Shown in pieces: positions 1-11,036 of a stretch of DNA of 64,000 nt. Within the stretch, counting starts at the first letter, position 1, and each line of letters opens with the position of its first letter. Location: NCBI GenBank assembly GCA_965279035.1, contig OZ257142.1, positions 2,816,001 through 2,880,000 on the forward strand. Direction: 5' to 3'. The translations under genes and the position numbers were made by a program. This DNA is from Bacteroidia bacterium. Its GTDB lineage: Bacteria; Bacteroidota; Bacteroidia; M30B66. The notes beneath the pieces are model-generated. The model saw only the letters and a list, made by a program, of their open reading frames with translations, did no database searches and had not been told where the DNA came from.

Positions 1-3000
1 AAGAAATACGTGTAATTAGTCGCTCCTTGACTTTGATCTACAAACTGAACCGTTGCATGTTCAATATTGGTTTCGGTTGGACTAGCAGCAAATTCGGCTT
101 GAGGTGAAGGATGAACTTGGATAAATTCTCCCCAGGTCATTGTTGCACTACAGCCAGCATCGTCTTTAACCGATAAATTCACAGAGAAAACTCCTGGAGA
201 ATCAAAGCATGGTACAATGTGACTTGTATTATAAAAAGATCCATCACTCAAGATCCAATTGAAACTTGTTGCAGTAGTCGATTCAGCAAAAAGCTTAGCA
301 CAAAAAGGAGCACAACCTGATGTATCATCAGCAATAATTGTCACCTGTGGTGTTTGATTTACATGAATTACAATTGAATCTTGTGCAATACAGCCAACAG
401 AATCCTGAACATTTACTACATACGTTGTTGTTTCTAACGGATTTGCACCAAACAAAGCTCCAGTAACACCGTGATCCCAAACATAACTGTATAAATTGTG
501 AATGCCATTTGCACTGGCTTCAATCATGGCTTGTTCGCCTTGACAAATCAGCGTATCGCCTGTAATAGCAATGGTGAACGCAGGTTGCGATTCGAGTGTT
601 TGTGTTAACTGTATGGTGCAGCCATTTTGATCTATCACATTGACAGTATAATCCCCCGGAGCTAAACCATCCAATTCGGGCGATTGTGAACCTGTACTCC
701 ATTGGTAAGTGTAAAATCCAGTTCCTCCACTGGCATTCACTAAAATTTCACCGTTGTTATTTCCATTACAACCCGGTTGATGAACGTCCATGCTGGCTGT
801 TAATACAGCAGGTTCAGTAATCACAGTCGATACCTCAACAAAGCATCCATGTGCATCGGTAATGACACAACTGTAATTTCCAGCTGGGATATTATTATTT
901 GATGAAGTCTGAACACCATTGATCCAAGCAAAAGTATAAGGTTGAGTTCCTCCACTTACACTCAATAAGGCACGTCCGTTTGTGCCTCCATTACATGTAA
1001 CATGTTGAGGCGTTACTGTGGCCGATAATAAAGTTGGTTGTGGAATCGTAAAGTTGACAGAACCTGTGCAACCATTGCTATCAATCACGGTTAAGGTATA
1101 TGTTCCTCCACCTAAATTACTTGGAAGCGACGTTTGAGTTCCAATTCCCCATTGATATTCGTACGGTGCAGCTCCTCCTTGTATTGTCAAGAATACCTCG
1201 CCATCTTCAACCCCATAACACGAAACGGCATGAATCGAATCGACCTGTGCAGTTAATGGTGGAAATTGTTGGAGAGTAGCACTTGCTGTTTGTTGACATC
1301 CATGAGCATCAGTTACCACAACAGTATAAGTTCCTGGTTGAAGATTTCCAGCAATGGCGTCAGTTTCGGCAGGTGTGGTGTTCCATAAATAGGAATACGG
1401 TTGAGTTCCACCTGAGGCTAAAACGGTAATGGTTCCACCTGTTCCACCGCAATCGCCCGGGGTGACAACCGTTTGCAATAAGATTGGTTGAGCAGGTTGA
1501 GTAATTTCGAATGTATCGCTTAGTGCACAACCATTAGCATCGCTTACTGTAACATCGTAAAAGCCAACTGGCATATTGCTAATTTGAGCTGTTGCTGCAT
1601 TGGTTTCCCAGAGGATATTGTACGAACCTGAACCACCACTAATAGTAATTCCTAATGATCCATCGCTTCCTCCATAACATTGCACAGCGGTCATAGTATG
1701 ACTTAACACCATGCTTGCTGGTTGAGCTATCGAAAAGGTTTGGAATGCCGAACATCCTGATGCATCGGTTACGGTTACTTGATGTGAGCCAACAGTCAAT
1801 TGTGATGCACTAACACCCGATTCGCCCGATGACCAAGCAATGGAGAACGGAGCATTTCCGCCACTCACAACAGCTTGTGCCGAACCATCGGCTCCGCCAT
1901 AACAGCTTACATCACTTAAGTTTGTTACTTGAATTCCAACATTGGCTGGAGAAGCAACAATGGCTGTACGGATGATGCTGCATAGGTTTGCATCGCGTAT
2001 TTCAATGGTGTGCAATCCAGCAGTAAGGCTTGAAAAGAAAGGAGATGTTTGGAAACTTCCATTATCTAACAAATAGCTATACGGTGCTGTTCCTCCGCTT
2101 GCGCTAAAAAGTAAAGTTCCTGTTGAGCCGCTGCATGTTGAAGCCGTTTGAGTGTAGGTATAACTAATGGAATCTGGTTGAGTAATTATCGTTGATATAC
2201 TCGTTAAACAGCCCGAATTATCGGTAATGTTTGCTGTGTAATTTCCTGAAGCTTGTCCAGAAATATCTTCAGTTGTATTGCCGTTACTCCAATTGATTTG
2301 ATAGGGTTGATTTCCTCCCGAAATACTCAAATTAACTGATCCATCGGCTAGGCCATAACACGTTGCTGGACTTGAAACAACAGATGCTTGCAACTGCACA
2401 GGTTCAGTAATAACGACATTTGCAGAGGATGTGCATCCCGAAGCATCGGTCACCGTGTATGTGTATGTTCCGGCACTTAAGCCATTGATTGAATTTCCTG
2501 TTGCCGAATTGCTCCAACTTGTTGTATACGGTGAATTTCCACCCGAAATCGCTAAACTGATTGCCCCAGTTGATCCACCCGAACAATTGACCATGCTAGG
2601 TGTAGATTGAACTACTAACTGTGCTGGTGCACTCATCGAAATAGTACGCGATATACTGCAATTATTTTGATCGGTAATCACCACCGTGATTGTTCCTGTA
2701 CCCAAATTAGTTGCAGTTGCTCCTAAAGCACCATTGCTCCATGAATAGGTGTATAATCCGGCTCCGCCTGAAGCATTAATCGTTGCTGTACCATCGTTGG
2801 CATTATAACAACTTATAGGCGTTGTACTAACTAATGCAGTTAATGCTGTTGGTTCTGTTAAGGTGATCGATTGTCCTGCCGTGCAACCATTGGCTGCTGT
2901 AACAGTGCAAGTATACGTACCTGCTACAACATTGCTTAATGTTGAACCTGTTGCCGCATTACTCCACACATACGTATAAGGCGAAACTCCTCCATTGGCT

Positions 3001-6000
3001 ACAGCGACTGCCGAACCATCACTTCCTCCAAAACAACTAATTTGTGATGTTGGGGTAACGAGCAAAGTCAAACCACCTGTATTGGCAATAGATACGCTCG
3101 TATTGGCTGAACATCCACTAGCATCTGTAACTGTTACAGAATAGGATCCTGAAGATAATCCTGTAGCTGTAGCAGTTGTTTGTACTGGTGTAGTTGTCCA
3201 TGCATATGTAAATGGTCCCGTTCCTGCGCTCACTGTAACCGAAGCCGTTCCATCATTTCCTCCACAAGTTGCAGGAGTAATACTGCTGCTTAAAGTCATA
3301 CCGGCAGGTTGTGTAAGCGTTGCACTTGCATTTACACTGCAACCCGATGCATCGCTCACCGTTACTGTATAGGTTCCGGGAGAAAGATTTTGAATGTTTG
3401 CTGTGTTGCCACTATTCGACCAAGTATAAGAATAAGGTGAAGTTCCTCCGCTTGGTACTGCTGTTAATGCTCCATTGGAAGCAGCATTGCAGGTAATTGC
3501 CGTTTGATTTATAGTAGCCGACAGAGCAGCTGGTTGAGAAACTGTAACACTGGCGCTTGCTGAACATAGATTCGCATCGCTTACTGTTACCGTATAGGTT
3601 CCTGAACTCAATCCATTTACACTTGATGTTGTTGCACTATTCGACCATGCATAGGTGTAAGGCGAAGTTCCTCCCGATGCCGTTGCCGATGCTGATCCTG
3701 TTGGTAAACAAGTCGCAGGAGTTGCAGTTGCCGAAGCCGTCAAAAATGTTGGTTGAGTAATGCTCGTACTTAAAGACAATGAACATCCATTGGCATCAGT
3801 TACTGTTAAAGTATAATTTCCAGCAGCAAGGTTTGATGCTGTTGCAAGACTAGCTCCACTACTCCATGCATAACTGTAAGGACTTGTTCCTCCCGAAATA
3901 CTGGCGATTGCCGAACCATTGCTCAATCCATTACAGGTGACATTGGTTTTACTGATACTTCCCGATAAAGCACTTGGTTGAGTAATCGTTACCGAACGTG
4001 TAATTGTACATCCACGCGAATCGGTAATCGTAACACTGTGCGATCCATTACTTAAATTGCTTGCTACTGTTGATGTGGATCCATTGGTCCATAAATAAGA
4101 ATACGGAGCTGTTCCGCCACTAACACTTACCGATGCCGATCCAGTCCCACCAACACACGAAGGTGCTGCAGCAGTTGCTGTTGCTGTTAAAGCTGTTGGT
4201 TGAGTAATGACAAATGTTTGTGTACTGGTACAACCCGAAGCATCGCTTGCAGTAACTGAATAATTTCCTGCACTGAGGTTCGAAGCCGTTGCTCCACTTG
4301 CACCATTACTCCAAGAAAAAGTATAAGGCGATGTTCCTCCAGTTCCGCTCGCTGTGGCAGATCCTGTGGCAGTTCCAAAACAGCTTACATTGCTTGTATT
4401 GACTGTAACTCCAACTGATCCGGTGCTACTTACAATGACAGAGGCATTGGTAGTACATCCGCTTGCTGATGTTACTGTTACGGAGTAATTTCCTGCAGCC
4501 AAGGCGGTAGCTGTTTGCGTTGTTTGACCATTACTCCATACATAGCTATACGTACCTGCAATTGCTGGCGTAGCGGTAGCTGTTCCGTTTGAAGCGCCAC
4601 AACTGGCAATGGTAGAACCCATGCTCACATTCAATGCGGCTGGTTGGGTTAAAGTGGATGATGCCGTTTTAGTACAACCCGAAGCATCTGTTACGGTAAC
4701 TGTATACGTTGCTGGACCTAAATTGCTGATGCTTGCAGTTAATGCGCCTGTTGACCAAGAATACGAATAAGGCGATGTTCCGCCGCTGGCTGATGCTATT
4801 AATGCTCCATTGGCCGCACCATTACAAGTGATCGCTGTTGAGCTGATACTCGCAATCAACAATGCTGGTTGTGTTAATGTGGATGATGCTGTTTTTATAC
4901 ATCCTGAAGCATCGGTTACTGTTACTGTATAGGTTCCTGGTCCGAGGTTGCTGATACTTGTCGTTGTAGCTCCAGTTGACCAAGAATACGAATAAGGTGC
5001 TGTTCCGCCACTTGCTGATGCACTGAGTGCTCCACTAGCAACTCCATTACAAAGAATAGCTGTTGAGCTGATGCTGGCGACTAATAAAGTCGGTTGATTG
5101 ACTGTTACCGATTTGGTAATAGTACATCCCCGATTATCGGTCACTGTCACTGTATAATTTCCATTGCTCAATCCACTGGCAGTAGTTGTTATTGCACCAT
5201 TCGACCAGAGATAGGTATACGGACTAGTTCCACCACTTGCCGAAACCGTAGCCGAACCTGTTCCACCTAAACACGAAGGAGCGGCTGCTGTCGCTGTTGC
5301 GGCTAGTGCAGTTGTTGGTTGGGTAATGATTGCTGTTTGTGTTGTAGAACATCCCGAAGCATCACTAACAGTTACTGTATAAGTACCAGCTGCTAAATTA
5401 CTTGCTGTTGCTCCGCTAGCTCCATTACTCCATGAATAGGTATAAGGTGATGTTCCTCCTGTTCCACTTGCTGTGGCAGATCCGGTTGATCCTCCAAAAC
5501 AGGCAACACTATTTACTGAAGTTGTAGCGCTAAGCGATCCACTGCTTACAATGCTTACTGTTACAGTGGAAGTACATCCGCTAGATGCTGAAACAACACA
5601 GGTATAAGATCCTGCTGCTAAGCCTGTAGCTGTTTGAGTTGTTTGTCCATTACTCCATGCATATGTATACGTACCTGCTACAGCTGGAGTGGCCGTAGCT
5701 GTTCCATTGGAAGAACCACAACTGGCAAGTGTTACGCTTGTATTGACTGTAAAGCCACTTACACTTACCGTTTGAATCAAGGTGTCGTTATAACATCCCA
5801 TATTGAGAATGAGCGTCACTTGATAGTTTCCAACGGCCGAGAAAGTATGCGATGGGCTGGCGAGTGTGGAAGTATTACTTGCACCCGATGCCCCATCACC
5901 AAAATTCCAACGAGTACCTTGAATGGCACTTCCAGCTCCAGAGCATGAATTAGCTGTAGAATTTACGACAGGCGGAGTAAAACTTACATTGAGGCAATTG

Positions 6001-7187
6001 GCTGAATAAGTAAACGGAGGCGTAACTGGACGCACATAAAAGGAAGCGATGTTAGGCAATCCCATACTCGAAGATTTCCCAGCAAGGGAGATGGCTCCAT
6101 TCACAAAACCACATCCGGCTCCATATACGTTGGGATTGTTGATTACCGATAAGGAAGTCGTGTTCCGAGAAACATATACTTTTCCATCAGGGCCCATTTG
6201 CATAGAACCGATGAATGGTCCCAAAACTCCTACTACATATTTAGAAGCTTGTATTGCTGCTGTATTACCAGCACATAAATTAAATTGAACCAATCGTCCT
6301 CCGTTGGTTCCTCCATACGCAATACGTCCATCGGGCGAAAACTCACAGCCATAGGCGCCAATTTCGGTCGCTAAGGTTATTCCATTGCTAACAACGCCGG
6401 TGGAATTATTGAAATCGTAGAGCTCAAATTTATTGGTACCACTTCCGGCAAACCCATAATAACCAGCGAGTAGTTTATTTCCGTCTGGATTGGCTTTTAA
6501 TTGTCCGTAAGCTGATTGATTGATTCCCGTAATCACAGAACCAGTAGCACTTGTAACGGGTGTTGTATTGACACCTGTTGGTGTTACCAGCCAAGCTCTA
6601 AACCCATTGGTATTCCAGTCGTGCGAAACTATCCAGAGATCGCGGTTGTTGCAGTGACGAACAGCAGTTAATTTTTCGCAAGAAGGAGTTTGAAGAAGTA
6701 CGTTTTTAGTAGCTGTAACAGCTCCTAATCCACCCGAAAGACTCATGTTTACTTCGGAATAACGAATTCCGTTAGGACCAATATCAGCATCCGCAGTAAA
6801 AATGTAGTAGATATTCGTGCTATTAGGCTTTTGAACAATGATACCCGATTGGGTTGATGAAGCGTGTCCTGTGAGGCCTGTGCCGTTTGTCATTACTAGG
6901 TGATTCCGATTCCAAACCGAAATACCATCGGTATAAAACATGAGCAAACCTGTTGCATCCGAAATGGAAGCACAGCCTTCGGTGGTGACCATTTGGCTGT
7001 TAGTTAATGCTACGGGCGATCCAGAGGCAAACGAAACACCCGCTTTATTCCCAAAATACCAATTGAAGAAACGCTCCTGCTGACCGAAAGAATCGGTAAC
7101 AGAAACCATCAAAGCAAGCACTGCCAAAAGCAGCCCGGCTCCTTTCAGGAAGCGTTTACGTAGGTTAAGAGTATGCGTTGTGTCCAT
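1..7187 (-). CDS. Giant SprB-repeat/PKD-domain surface protein (adhesin-like, probable T9SS cargo); 3' end lies beyond the window
   Basis: Manual translation: ATG at 7187, MDTTHTLNLRKRFLKGAGLLLAVLALMVSVTDSFGQERFFNWYFGNKAG (signal peptide, then a propeller-like N-terminal domain). It is followed by many ~75-aa repeats with C-x-G-x-x-x-G, GGTSPYSYSWSNG and YTVTVTDASGC motifs, and PKD-like 'VQFVDQSQGATNYTYF' in the same frame at the left edge. Not every codon was checked for stops. Confidence 0.9.
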   Translation of the reverse strand, partial: MDTTHTLNLRKRFLKGAGLLLAVLALMVSVTDSFGQQERFFNWYFGNKAGVSFASGSPVALTNSQMVTTEGCASISDATGLLMFYTDGISVWNRNHLVMTNGTGLTGHASSTQSGIIVQKPNSTNIYYIFTADADIGPNGIRYSEVNMSLSGGLGAVTATKNVLLQTPSCEKLTAVRHCNNRDLWIVSHDWNTNGFRAWLVTPTGVNTTPVTSATGSVITGINQSAYGQLKANPDGNKLLAGYYGFAGSGTNKFELYDFNNSTGVVSNGITLATEIGAYGCEFSPDGRIAYGGTNGGRLVQFNLCAGNTAAIQASKYVVGVLGPFIGSMQMGPDGKVYVSRNTTSLSVINNPNVYGAGCGFVNGAISLAGKSSSMGLPNIASFYVRPVTPPFTYSANCLNVSFTPPVVNSTANSCSGAGSAIQGTRWNFGDGASGASNTSTLASPSHTFSAVGNYQVTLILNMGCYNDTLIQTVSVSGFTVNTSVTLASCGSSNGTATATPAVAGTYTYAWSNGQTTQTATGLAAGSYTCVVSASSGCTSTVTVSIVSSGSLSATTSVNSVACFGGSTGSATASGTGGTSPYTYSWSNGASGATASNLAAGTYTVTVSDASGCSTTQTAIITQPTTALAATATAAAPSCLGGTGSATVSASGGTSPYTYLWSNGAITTTASGLSNGNYTVTVTDNRGCTITKSVTVNQPTLLVASISSTAILCNGVASGALSASASGGTAPYSYSWSTGATTTSISNLGPGTYTVTVTDASGCIKTASSTLTQPALLIASISSTAITCNGAANGALIASASGGTSPYSYSWSTGALTASISNLGPATYTVTVTDASGCTKTASSTLTQPAALNVSMGSTIASCGASNGTATATPAIAGTYSYVWSNGQTTQTATALAAGNYSVTVTSASGCTTNASVIVSSTGSVGVTVNTSNVSCFGTATGSATASGTGGTSPYTFSWSNGASGATASNLSAGNYSVTASDASGCTSTQTFVITQPTALTATATAAAPSCVGGTGSASVSVSGGTAPYSYLWTNGSTSTVASNLSNGSHSVTITDSRGCTITRSVTITQPSALSGSISKTNVTCNGLSNGSAIASISGGTSPYSYAWSSGASLATASNLAAGNYTLTVTDANGCSLSLSTSITQPTFLTASATATPATCLPTGSASATASGGTSPYTYAWSNSATTSSVNGLSSGTYTVTVSDANLCSASASVTVSQPAALSATINQTAITCNAASNGALTAVPSGGTSPYSYTWSNSGNTANIQNLSPGTYTVTVSDASGCSVNASATLTQPAGMTLSSSITPATCGGNDGTASVTVSAGTGPFTYAWTTTPVQTTATATGLSSGSYSVTVTDASGCSANTSVSIANTGGLTLLVTPTSQISCFGGSDGSAVAVANGGVSPYTYVWSNAATGSTLSNVVAGTYTCTVTAANGCTAGQSITLTEPTALTALVSTTPISCYNANDGTATINASGGAGLYTYSWSNGALGATATNLGTGTITVVITDQNNCSISRTISMSAPAQLVVQSTPSMVNCSGGSTGAISLAISGGNSPYTTSWSNSATGNSINGLSAGTYTYTVTDASGCTSSANVVITEPVQLQASVVSSPATCYGLADGSVNLSISGGNQPYQINWSNGNTTEDISGQASGNYTANITDNSGCLTSISTIITQPDSISYTYTQTASTCSGSTGTLLFSASGGTAPYSYLLDNGSFQTSPFFSSLTAGLHTIEIRDANLCSIIRTAIVASPANVGIQVTNLSDVSCYGGADGSAQAVVSGGNAPFSIAWSSGESGVSASQLTVGSHQVTVTDASGCSAFQTFSIAQPASMVLSHTMTAVQCYGGSDGSLGITISGGSGSYNILWETNAATAQISNMPVGFYDVTVSDANGCALSDTFEITQPAQPILLQTVVTPGDCGGTGGTITVLASGGTQPYSYLWNTTPAETDAIAGNLQPGTYTVVVTDAHGCQQTASATLQQFPPLTAQVDSIHAVSCYGVEDGEVFLTIQGGAAPYEYQWGIGTQTSLPSNLGGGTYTLTVIDSNGCTGSVNFTIPQPTLLSATVTPQHVTCNGGTNGRALLSVSGGTQPYTFAWINGVQTSSNNNIPAGNYSCVITDAHGCFVEVSTVITEPAVLTASMDVHQPGCNGNNNGEILVNASGGTGFYTYQWSTGSQSPELDGLAPGDYTVNVIDQNGCTIQLTQTLESQPAFTIAITGDTLICQGEQAMIEASANGIHNLYSYVWDHGVTGALFGANPLETTTYVVNVQDSVGCIAQDSIVIHVNQTPQVTIIADDTSGCAPFCAKLFAESTTATSFNWILSDGSFYNTSHIVPCFDSPGVFSVNLSVKDDAGCSATMTWGEFIQVHPSPQAEFAASPTETNIEHATVQFVDQSQGATNYTYF

Positions 7188-7330
7188 CCGGCTCACTGTA
7201 TCAAACATGAATGCTTGGTTTACGTGAAGCCTCAAATGCGAGTTATGTGATTAGCTCACAGAAAGGGAGAATTTATTACATGTGTAAGGCAGCTATCTAT
7301 ATCTCAAAACCTCTAGCCTCAATAGTATCT

Positions 7331-7475
7331 AGCTGCTCTAATATTCCTCTAGCACCCCACGATTTCAATCGTGGGATTAATGCTACACCATACCATATAA
7401 CCTCATAATGACACGAGCTGCATCATAATATCTCCAGCAACCCACGATTTCAATCGTGGGAATAATGCTACACCA
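7331..7475. repeat. Two ~60-bp direct repeats (period 85), each with the REP-like palindrome CCCACGATT-TC-AATCGTGGG
   Basis: Palindrome at 7356-7375 and 7441-7460; both followed by (a/t)TAATGCTACACCA and preceded by AGCTGC...TAATAT. Confidence 0.85.
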
Positions 7476-7640
7476 TTCTACCCAATCTCAATCTTATCCC
7501 CCAATGACTTATGTAAATAGTATCCCAAATTCTATAATGATTCAGAGAAGAATAGAAAGCAGCTTTGATACTTGAAATCAATCAAAAGAAGGCTTTGCAA
7601 GTTCGCCATCTAAAAATTTATAGAGAAAGCAATCAACTCC

Positions 7641-8249
7641 ATGAAAAACGTTTTAGGAATTCTATTCATTTTGAGTCTAGGAACACGTTTAATTGCTCAA
7701 ACTCCCGATTCGATTGGCACTTGCTTGAAACCTATTCCACGCAATTATCAAGTAAAGCAGGCTGTAGAAATCGAAAGTTTATTTCCCATGTTTATTACGG
7801 GTGGATATCATTTCGCTTTGGGATATCGCTATAAAAAATTCAGGTTACGTTTTAGTGTAATTAATGGTGGCACATACAACGCCGAAACAGCCGGAATAAA
7901 TAATAATTCAGCCAATTTTAAGCGTTATTACACCACTTCACCCGGAGTATTTTTGGGTTATACTATCTGGAAAAACTTGGATGTTTATTCCTATTTAGAA
8001 TTTCACACATTCCGAATAACACAGCGTAGTTCAGGTTTGCAACACGATTTAAAAAGTATTGACTCAGGTATTGGATTTAGCTATCAGTTTTTTATTGGTC
8101 GTTATTTATACATACAACCGGGATTTCATTTGTATTTAAGACAAAGCAATCATGTTGATTTTGGAAGTATACGATATACCATTCCCAATGCAGATGTTTC
8201 TCCGGTAATACGCATTGGTGTTCGACTTTGGAAGCAGTATTTGAAATGA
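7641..8249 (+). CDS. Exported hypothetical protein, probable small outer-membrane beta-barrel
   Basis: Signal peptide, alternating aromatic beta-strand pattern, C-terminal RIGVRLW. Confidence 0.6.
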   Translation: MKNVLGILFILSLGTRLIAQTPDSIGTCLKPIPRNYQVKQAVEIESLFPMFITGGYHFALGYRYKKFRLRFSVINGGTYNAETAGINNNSANFKRYYTTSPGVFLGYTIWKNLDVYSYLEFHTFRITQRSSGLQHDLKSIDSGIGFSYQFFIGRYLYIQPGFHLYLRQSNHVDFGSIRYTIPNADVSPVIRIGVRLWKQYLK

Positions 8250-8332
8250 TTTAGGATGAATAGTTCAATCCATTCTTGAATGTTACTCTTTGAAGAACTC
8301 TTTTCATTTAAATTATATCCAGTTAAGAATCC

Positions 8333-8911
8333 ATGAAAAAAATACTCATTATCAATGGACACCCAGATAAAGAAAGCTTTTGTTATGCATTAGCAGAAAG
8401 TTATAAAAAGGGGACAGATCATTCAGGAGCCGGATGCAAAATCATTCATTTAATTGATTTAAAATTCAATCCAATTCTAGGCTCAGGGTATAGAGAAATT
8501 ACAGATTTAGAACCGGATTTAATTCAAGCACAAAACGATATACTTGCAGCCGATCATTTAGTATTTGTGTATCCCAATTGGTGGAGCACTTATCCAGCAT
8601 TACTTAAAGGATTTATTGATCGCACGTTTCTGCCAAACTTCGCTTTTAAATACCATAAAAATGATCCCTTTTGGGATAAGCTTTTCAAAGGAAAAACAGC
8701 CCAACTTATTGTCACAATGGACACACCTCGTTGGTATTATTGGCTTATGAATCGACGACCCGGACACAATTCAATGAGATTGGGAATACTCGAATTTTGT
8801 GGTATTAAACCAGTGAAGATTAAATCGTTTGGACCAATAAAATCATCCAACGAATCGCAACGGAAACGCTGGTTAACGGAAGTGGAAAAAATGGGGAGTT
8901 CTGTTGGTTAA
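8333..8911 (+). CDS. NAD(P)H-dependent oxidoreductase, flavodoxin-fold (Flavodoxin_2/quinone reductase family)
   Basis: ILIINGHP..ESF, ADHLVFVYPNWWSTYPALLKGFIDR motifs. Confidence 0.9.
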   Translation: MKKILIINGHPDKESFCYALAESYKKGTDHSGAGCKIIHLIDLKFNPILGSGYREITDLEPDLIQAQNDILAADHLVFVYPNWWSTYPALLKGFIDRTFLPNFAFKYHKNDPFWDKLFKGKTAQLIVTMDTPRWYYWLMNRRPGHNSMRLGILEFCGIKPVKIKSFGPIKSSNESQRKRWLTEVEKMGSSVG

Positions 8912-8948
8912 TTCTTTATTTAATGATTGGAATTAATTCAAATGGAAA

Positions 8949-9770
8949 ATGAATGGTATAATCATTACATTATCAATAATAGGTTTTCTACTCGTATTGT
9001 ATAGTCTAGGGAAAATCAATTTATCCTTCCAATTTAATAGGCAGATAGAAACACTTTTTAGGAATTCAAAAAATCCTTCTCAACGAACATATTCGAACGA
9101 ACAAATAAAGGATTTGCCCGAACCAGTTCAACGCTATTTCAATCGTGTTTTAATAGAAGGACAAACCTATATCAATTATGTAAGAATGCGACACGAAGGA
9201 CGTTTCAAAACGGGTATTCACAAAGGGTGGATCAACATTCAAGGTGAACACTATGCAACAACAGAAAAGCCCGGTTTTATATGGAAAGGAACTACTGCAT
9301 TCTTTAATGCTTTTGATATGTATATAAAAGAGAATGGAAAGTTGATTGTAAGGCTTTTGGCGTTAGTAACTATGGTCAATGCGACTGGAAAACAGTATGA
9401 TCAAGGAGAACTGCTTCGTTGGCTTGGAGAAAGTGTTTTATATCCAACCAATTTATTACCGAGTGAACGTTTACAATGGCATCCAATAGATGATAACTCA
9501 TCAAAAATACTGTTTGAATACAATGGACTTTCGCTATTTTTTGTAGTTAGATTAAATCAAGCCGGTGAGATAATCGAAATGAAAACGAATCGCTATATGG
9601 ATGAAAATAAATTAGAAGATTGGATAATTCAATTAGCAGATTATAAATTATGGAATCAGATACTTATTCCAACCCAATTTGAAGTCTCTTGGAGTTTAAA
9701 AACAGGTCTTTTCTGTTATGCCAAGTTCCATTTGACAGAAGTGGAGTATGGTATTTCGGAACGGTTTTAA
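8949..9770 (+). CDS. Membrane-anchored conserved hypothetical protein (DUF6544-like)
   Basis: N-terminal TM helix; LPEPVQRYF, PGFIW and QGELLRWLGES..YPT.LLP motifs. Confidence 0.7.
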   Translation: MNGIIITLSIIGFLLVLYSLGKINLSFQFNRQIETLFRNSKNPSQRTYSNEQIKDLPEPVQRYFNRVLIEGQTYINYVRMRHEGRFKTGIHKGWINIQGEHYATTEKPGFIWKGTTAFFNAFDMYIKENGKLIVRLLALVTMVNATGKQYDQGELLRWLGESVLYPTNLLPSERLQWHPIDDNSSKILFEYNGLSLFFVVRLNQAGEIIEMKTNRYMDENKLEDWIIQLADYKLWNQILIPTQFEVSWSLKTGLFCYAKFHLTEVEYGISERF

Positions 9771-9834
9771 GTTCATGTTTTGAAAGTTAGGTTTTGATTT
9801 AAATGGATTAAGTGTTAACAATGAATTCTTCAAT

Positions 9835-9869
9835 AAAAAAAAGCAAGCCCGTTTCCAGACTTGCTTTCC
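9835..9869. terminator. Probable bidirectional intrinsic terminator
   Basis: A-run/AAAGCAAG...CTTGCTTT hairpin between convergent genes. Confidence 0.65.
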
Positions 9870-9883
9870 TCATGGCTGCGAGC

Positions 9884-10300
9884 TTAAGCCGCTAAACCCG
9901 CTTTGTAAGCCGTAACTTGTGTAATTAATAAATCCGTTTCGGCTAATTGTTGAATAGCATTATTCAGCGATAATTCGCGTAATACAGATCCAATTGCTCC
10001 GTATCTATCTTTCTTAAGTTCCATTTTACCAATTTCCGATTGCAAATCCAATAAGGCTAAACGAGCAATTTCTTTTCGCTCACTCGGAGGCATTGCTTCG
10101 TAACGAGGTTGATCAAATTCTAACTCAGCTTTTTTAGAATCAAGTAGAGCCTGAAAATCTAAGGCATCGTCGGTTAATTGATTCGATTTGAAAATGAGAT
10201 TCTGTTTTTTGTTTTCAATGACTTCACGGTCATCATTTAATTGGTCGAGTAATGCATCACAATCTGCAATAGAGGTAATGCTGTTTAACATGTACGCCAT
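9884..10300 (-). CDS. All-helical coiled-coil hypothetical protein
   Basis: 138-aa ORF with heptad pattern; TAAGTTTG promoter element upstream. Confidence 0.8.
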   Translation of the reverse strand: MAYMLNSITSIADCDALLDQLNDDREVIENKKQNLIFKSNQLTDDALDFQALLDSKKAELEFDQPRYEAMPPSERKEIARLALLDLQSEIGKMELKKDRYGAIGSVLRELSLNNAIQQLAETDLLITQVTAYKAGLAA

Positions 10301-10304
10301 AAAA

Positions 10305-10346
10305 AATTGGATTTGGTTTATAGTATTTCAAACTTAAAATCCAATT
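10305..10346 (-). promoter_or_regulatory. Bacteroidota -7 element (TAAGTTTG) flanked by a 10-bp inverted repeat (candidate operator)
   Basis: AATTGGATTT at 10305-10314 and AAATCCAATT at 10337-10346 enclose CAAACTTA at 10329-10336. Confidence 0.5.
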
Positions 10347-10393
10347 AAGATAAATACAAGTATATTTTGAATAAATTGAGATTGAGGTGGAAA

Positions 10394-10942
10394 TTAGGGT
10401 GAAATAACCCCCTTTTTTAGTAGTATTTCAATACTTTCAATTTTTGCTTGGATTTCGGTAACATCAAATAGCTGCTTTACCAGTAAATTCAAGACTTTAT
10501 GCTCTAAATCAAATTGCACTTGATACATTTCCTTTTGAATACGAACATTTAATAAGGGATCAGAATCTTTCGGTAATAGCTGTTCCAATGCGCTTAAGCT
10601 CCGCATTTGGACGTGCATTGTTTCATATTTTTCGTGAAAAGCAGTTAATCTCTTTTGCTTTGTCTTTAATTGAAAGTTTAGTCTATCCAACTGCACCTGT
10701 AATTGCCTGAATAATAATGCATTTATACCCTCTTCAAAGTTACGATCGTCAAGCAAACGCTTAAAACTTTCTTGTTCTGACAAAAGCTGCAATTGAACAT
10801 AGGTTGACTTGAGCTTTTGTGGCAAGGCTCTATTTCCTTGCTCAATGGAATTGAGGTTATTCTTTGTCAAGCCTAGTATTCGCGCTAGTTGTACTTGTGA
10901 TATGTTAAGATTTTCTCTTAGTTCTCGAATTAATACCGACAT
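10394..10942 (-). CDS. XRE-family HTH transcriptional regulator with long C-terminal coiled coil
   Basis: IRELRENLNISQVQLARILGLTKNNLNSIEQGNR HTH_3 motif; Q/L-rich helical tail. Confidence 0.85.
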   Translation of the reverse strand: MSVLIRELRENLNISQVQLARILGLTKNNLNSIEQGNRALPQKLKSTYVQLQLLSEQESFKRLLDDRNFEEGINALLFRQLQVQLDRLNFQLKTKQKRLTAFHEKYETMHVQMRSLSALEQLLPKDSDPLLNVRIQKEMYQVQFDLEHKVLNLLVKQLFDVTEIQAKIESIEILLKKGVISP

Positions 10943-11036
10943 CGTAGATTGCTTTTAAACCACCAGCCGATTATCCAATCGGTTCAAATAATCTCGGCTA
11001 TAAGTTGAATTTGAGAACTAAATATACAAACACATT

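Noticed and set aside
520-6288. Short ORFs called within 1-7187
   Set aside because: Alternate-frame or antisense shadows of the giant SprB-repeat gene.
7331-7475. Possible mini CRISPR array
   Set aside because: Only two units, the inter-palindrome sequence is itself partly repeated, and no cas genes are present; better explained as a REP doublet.
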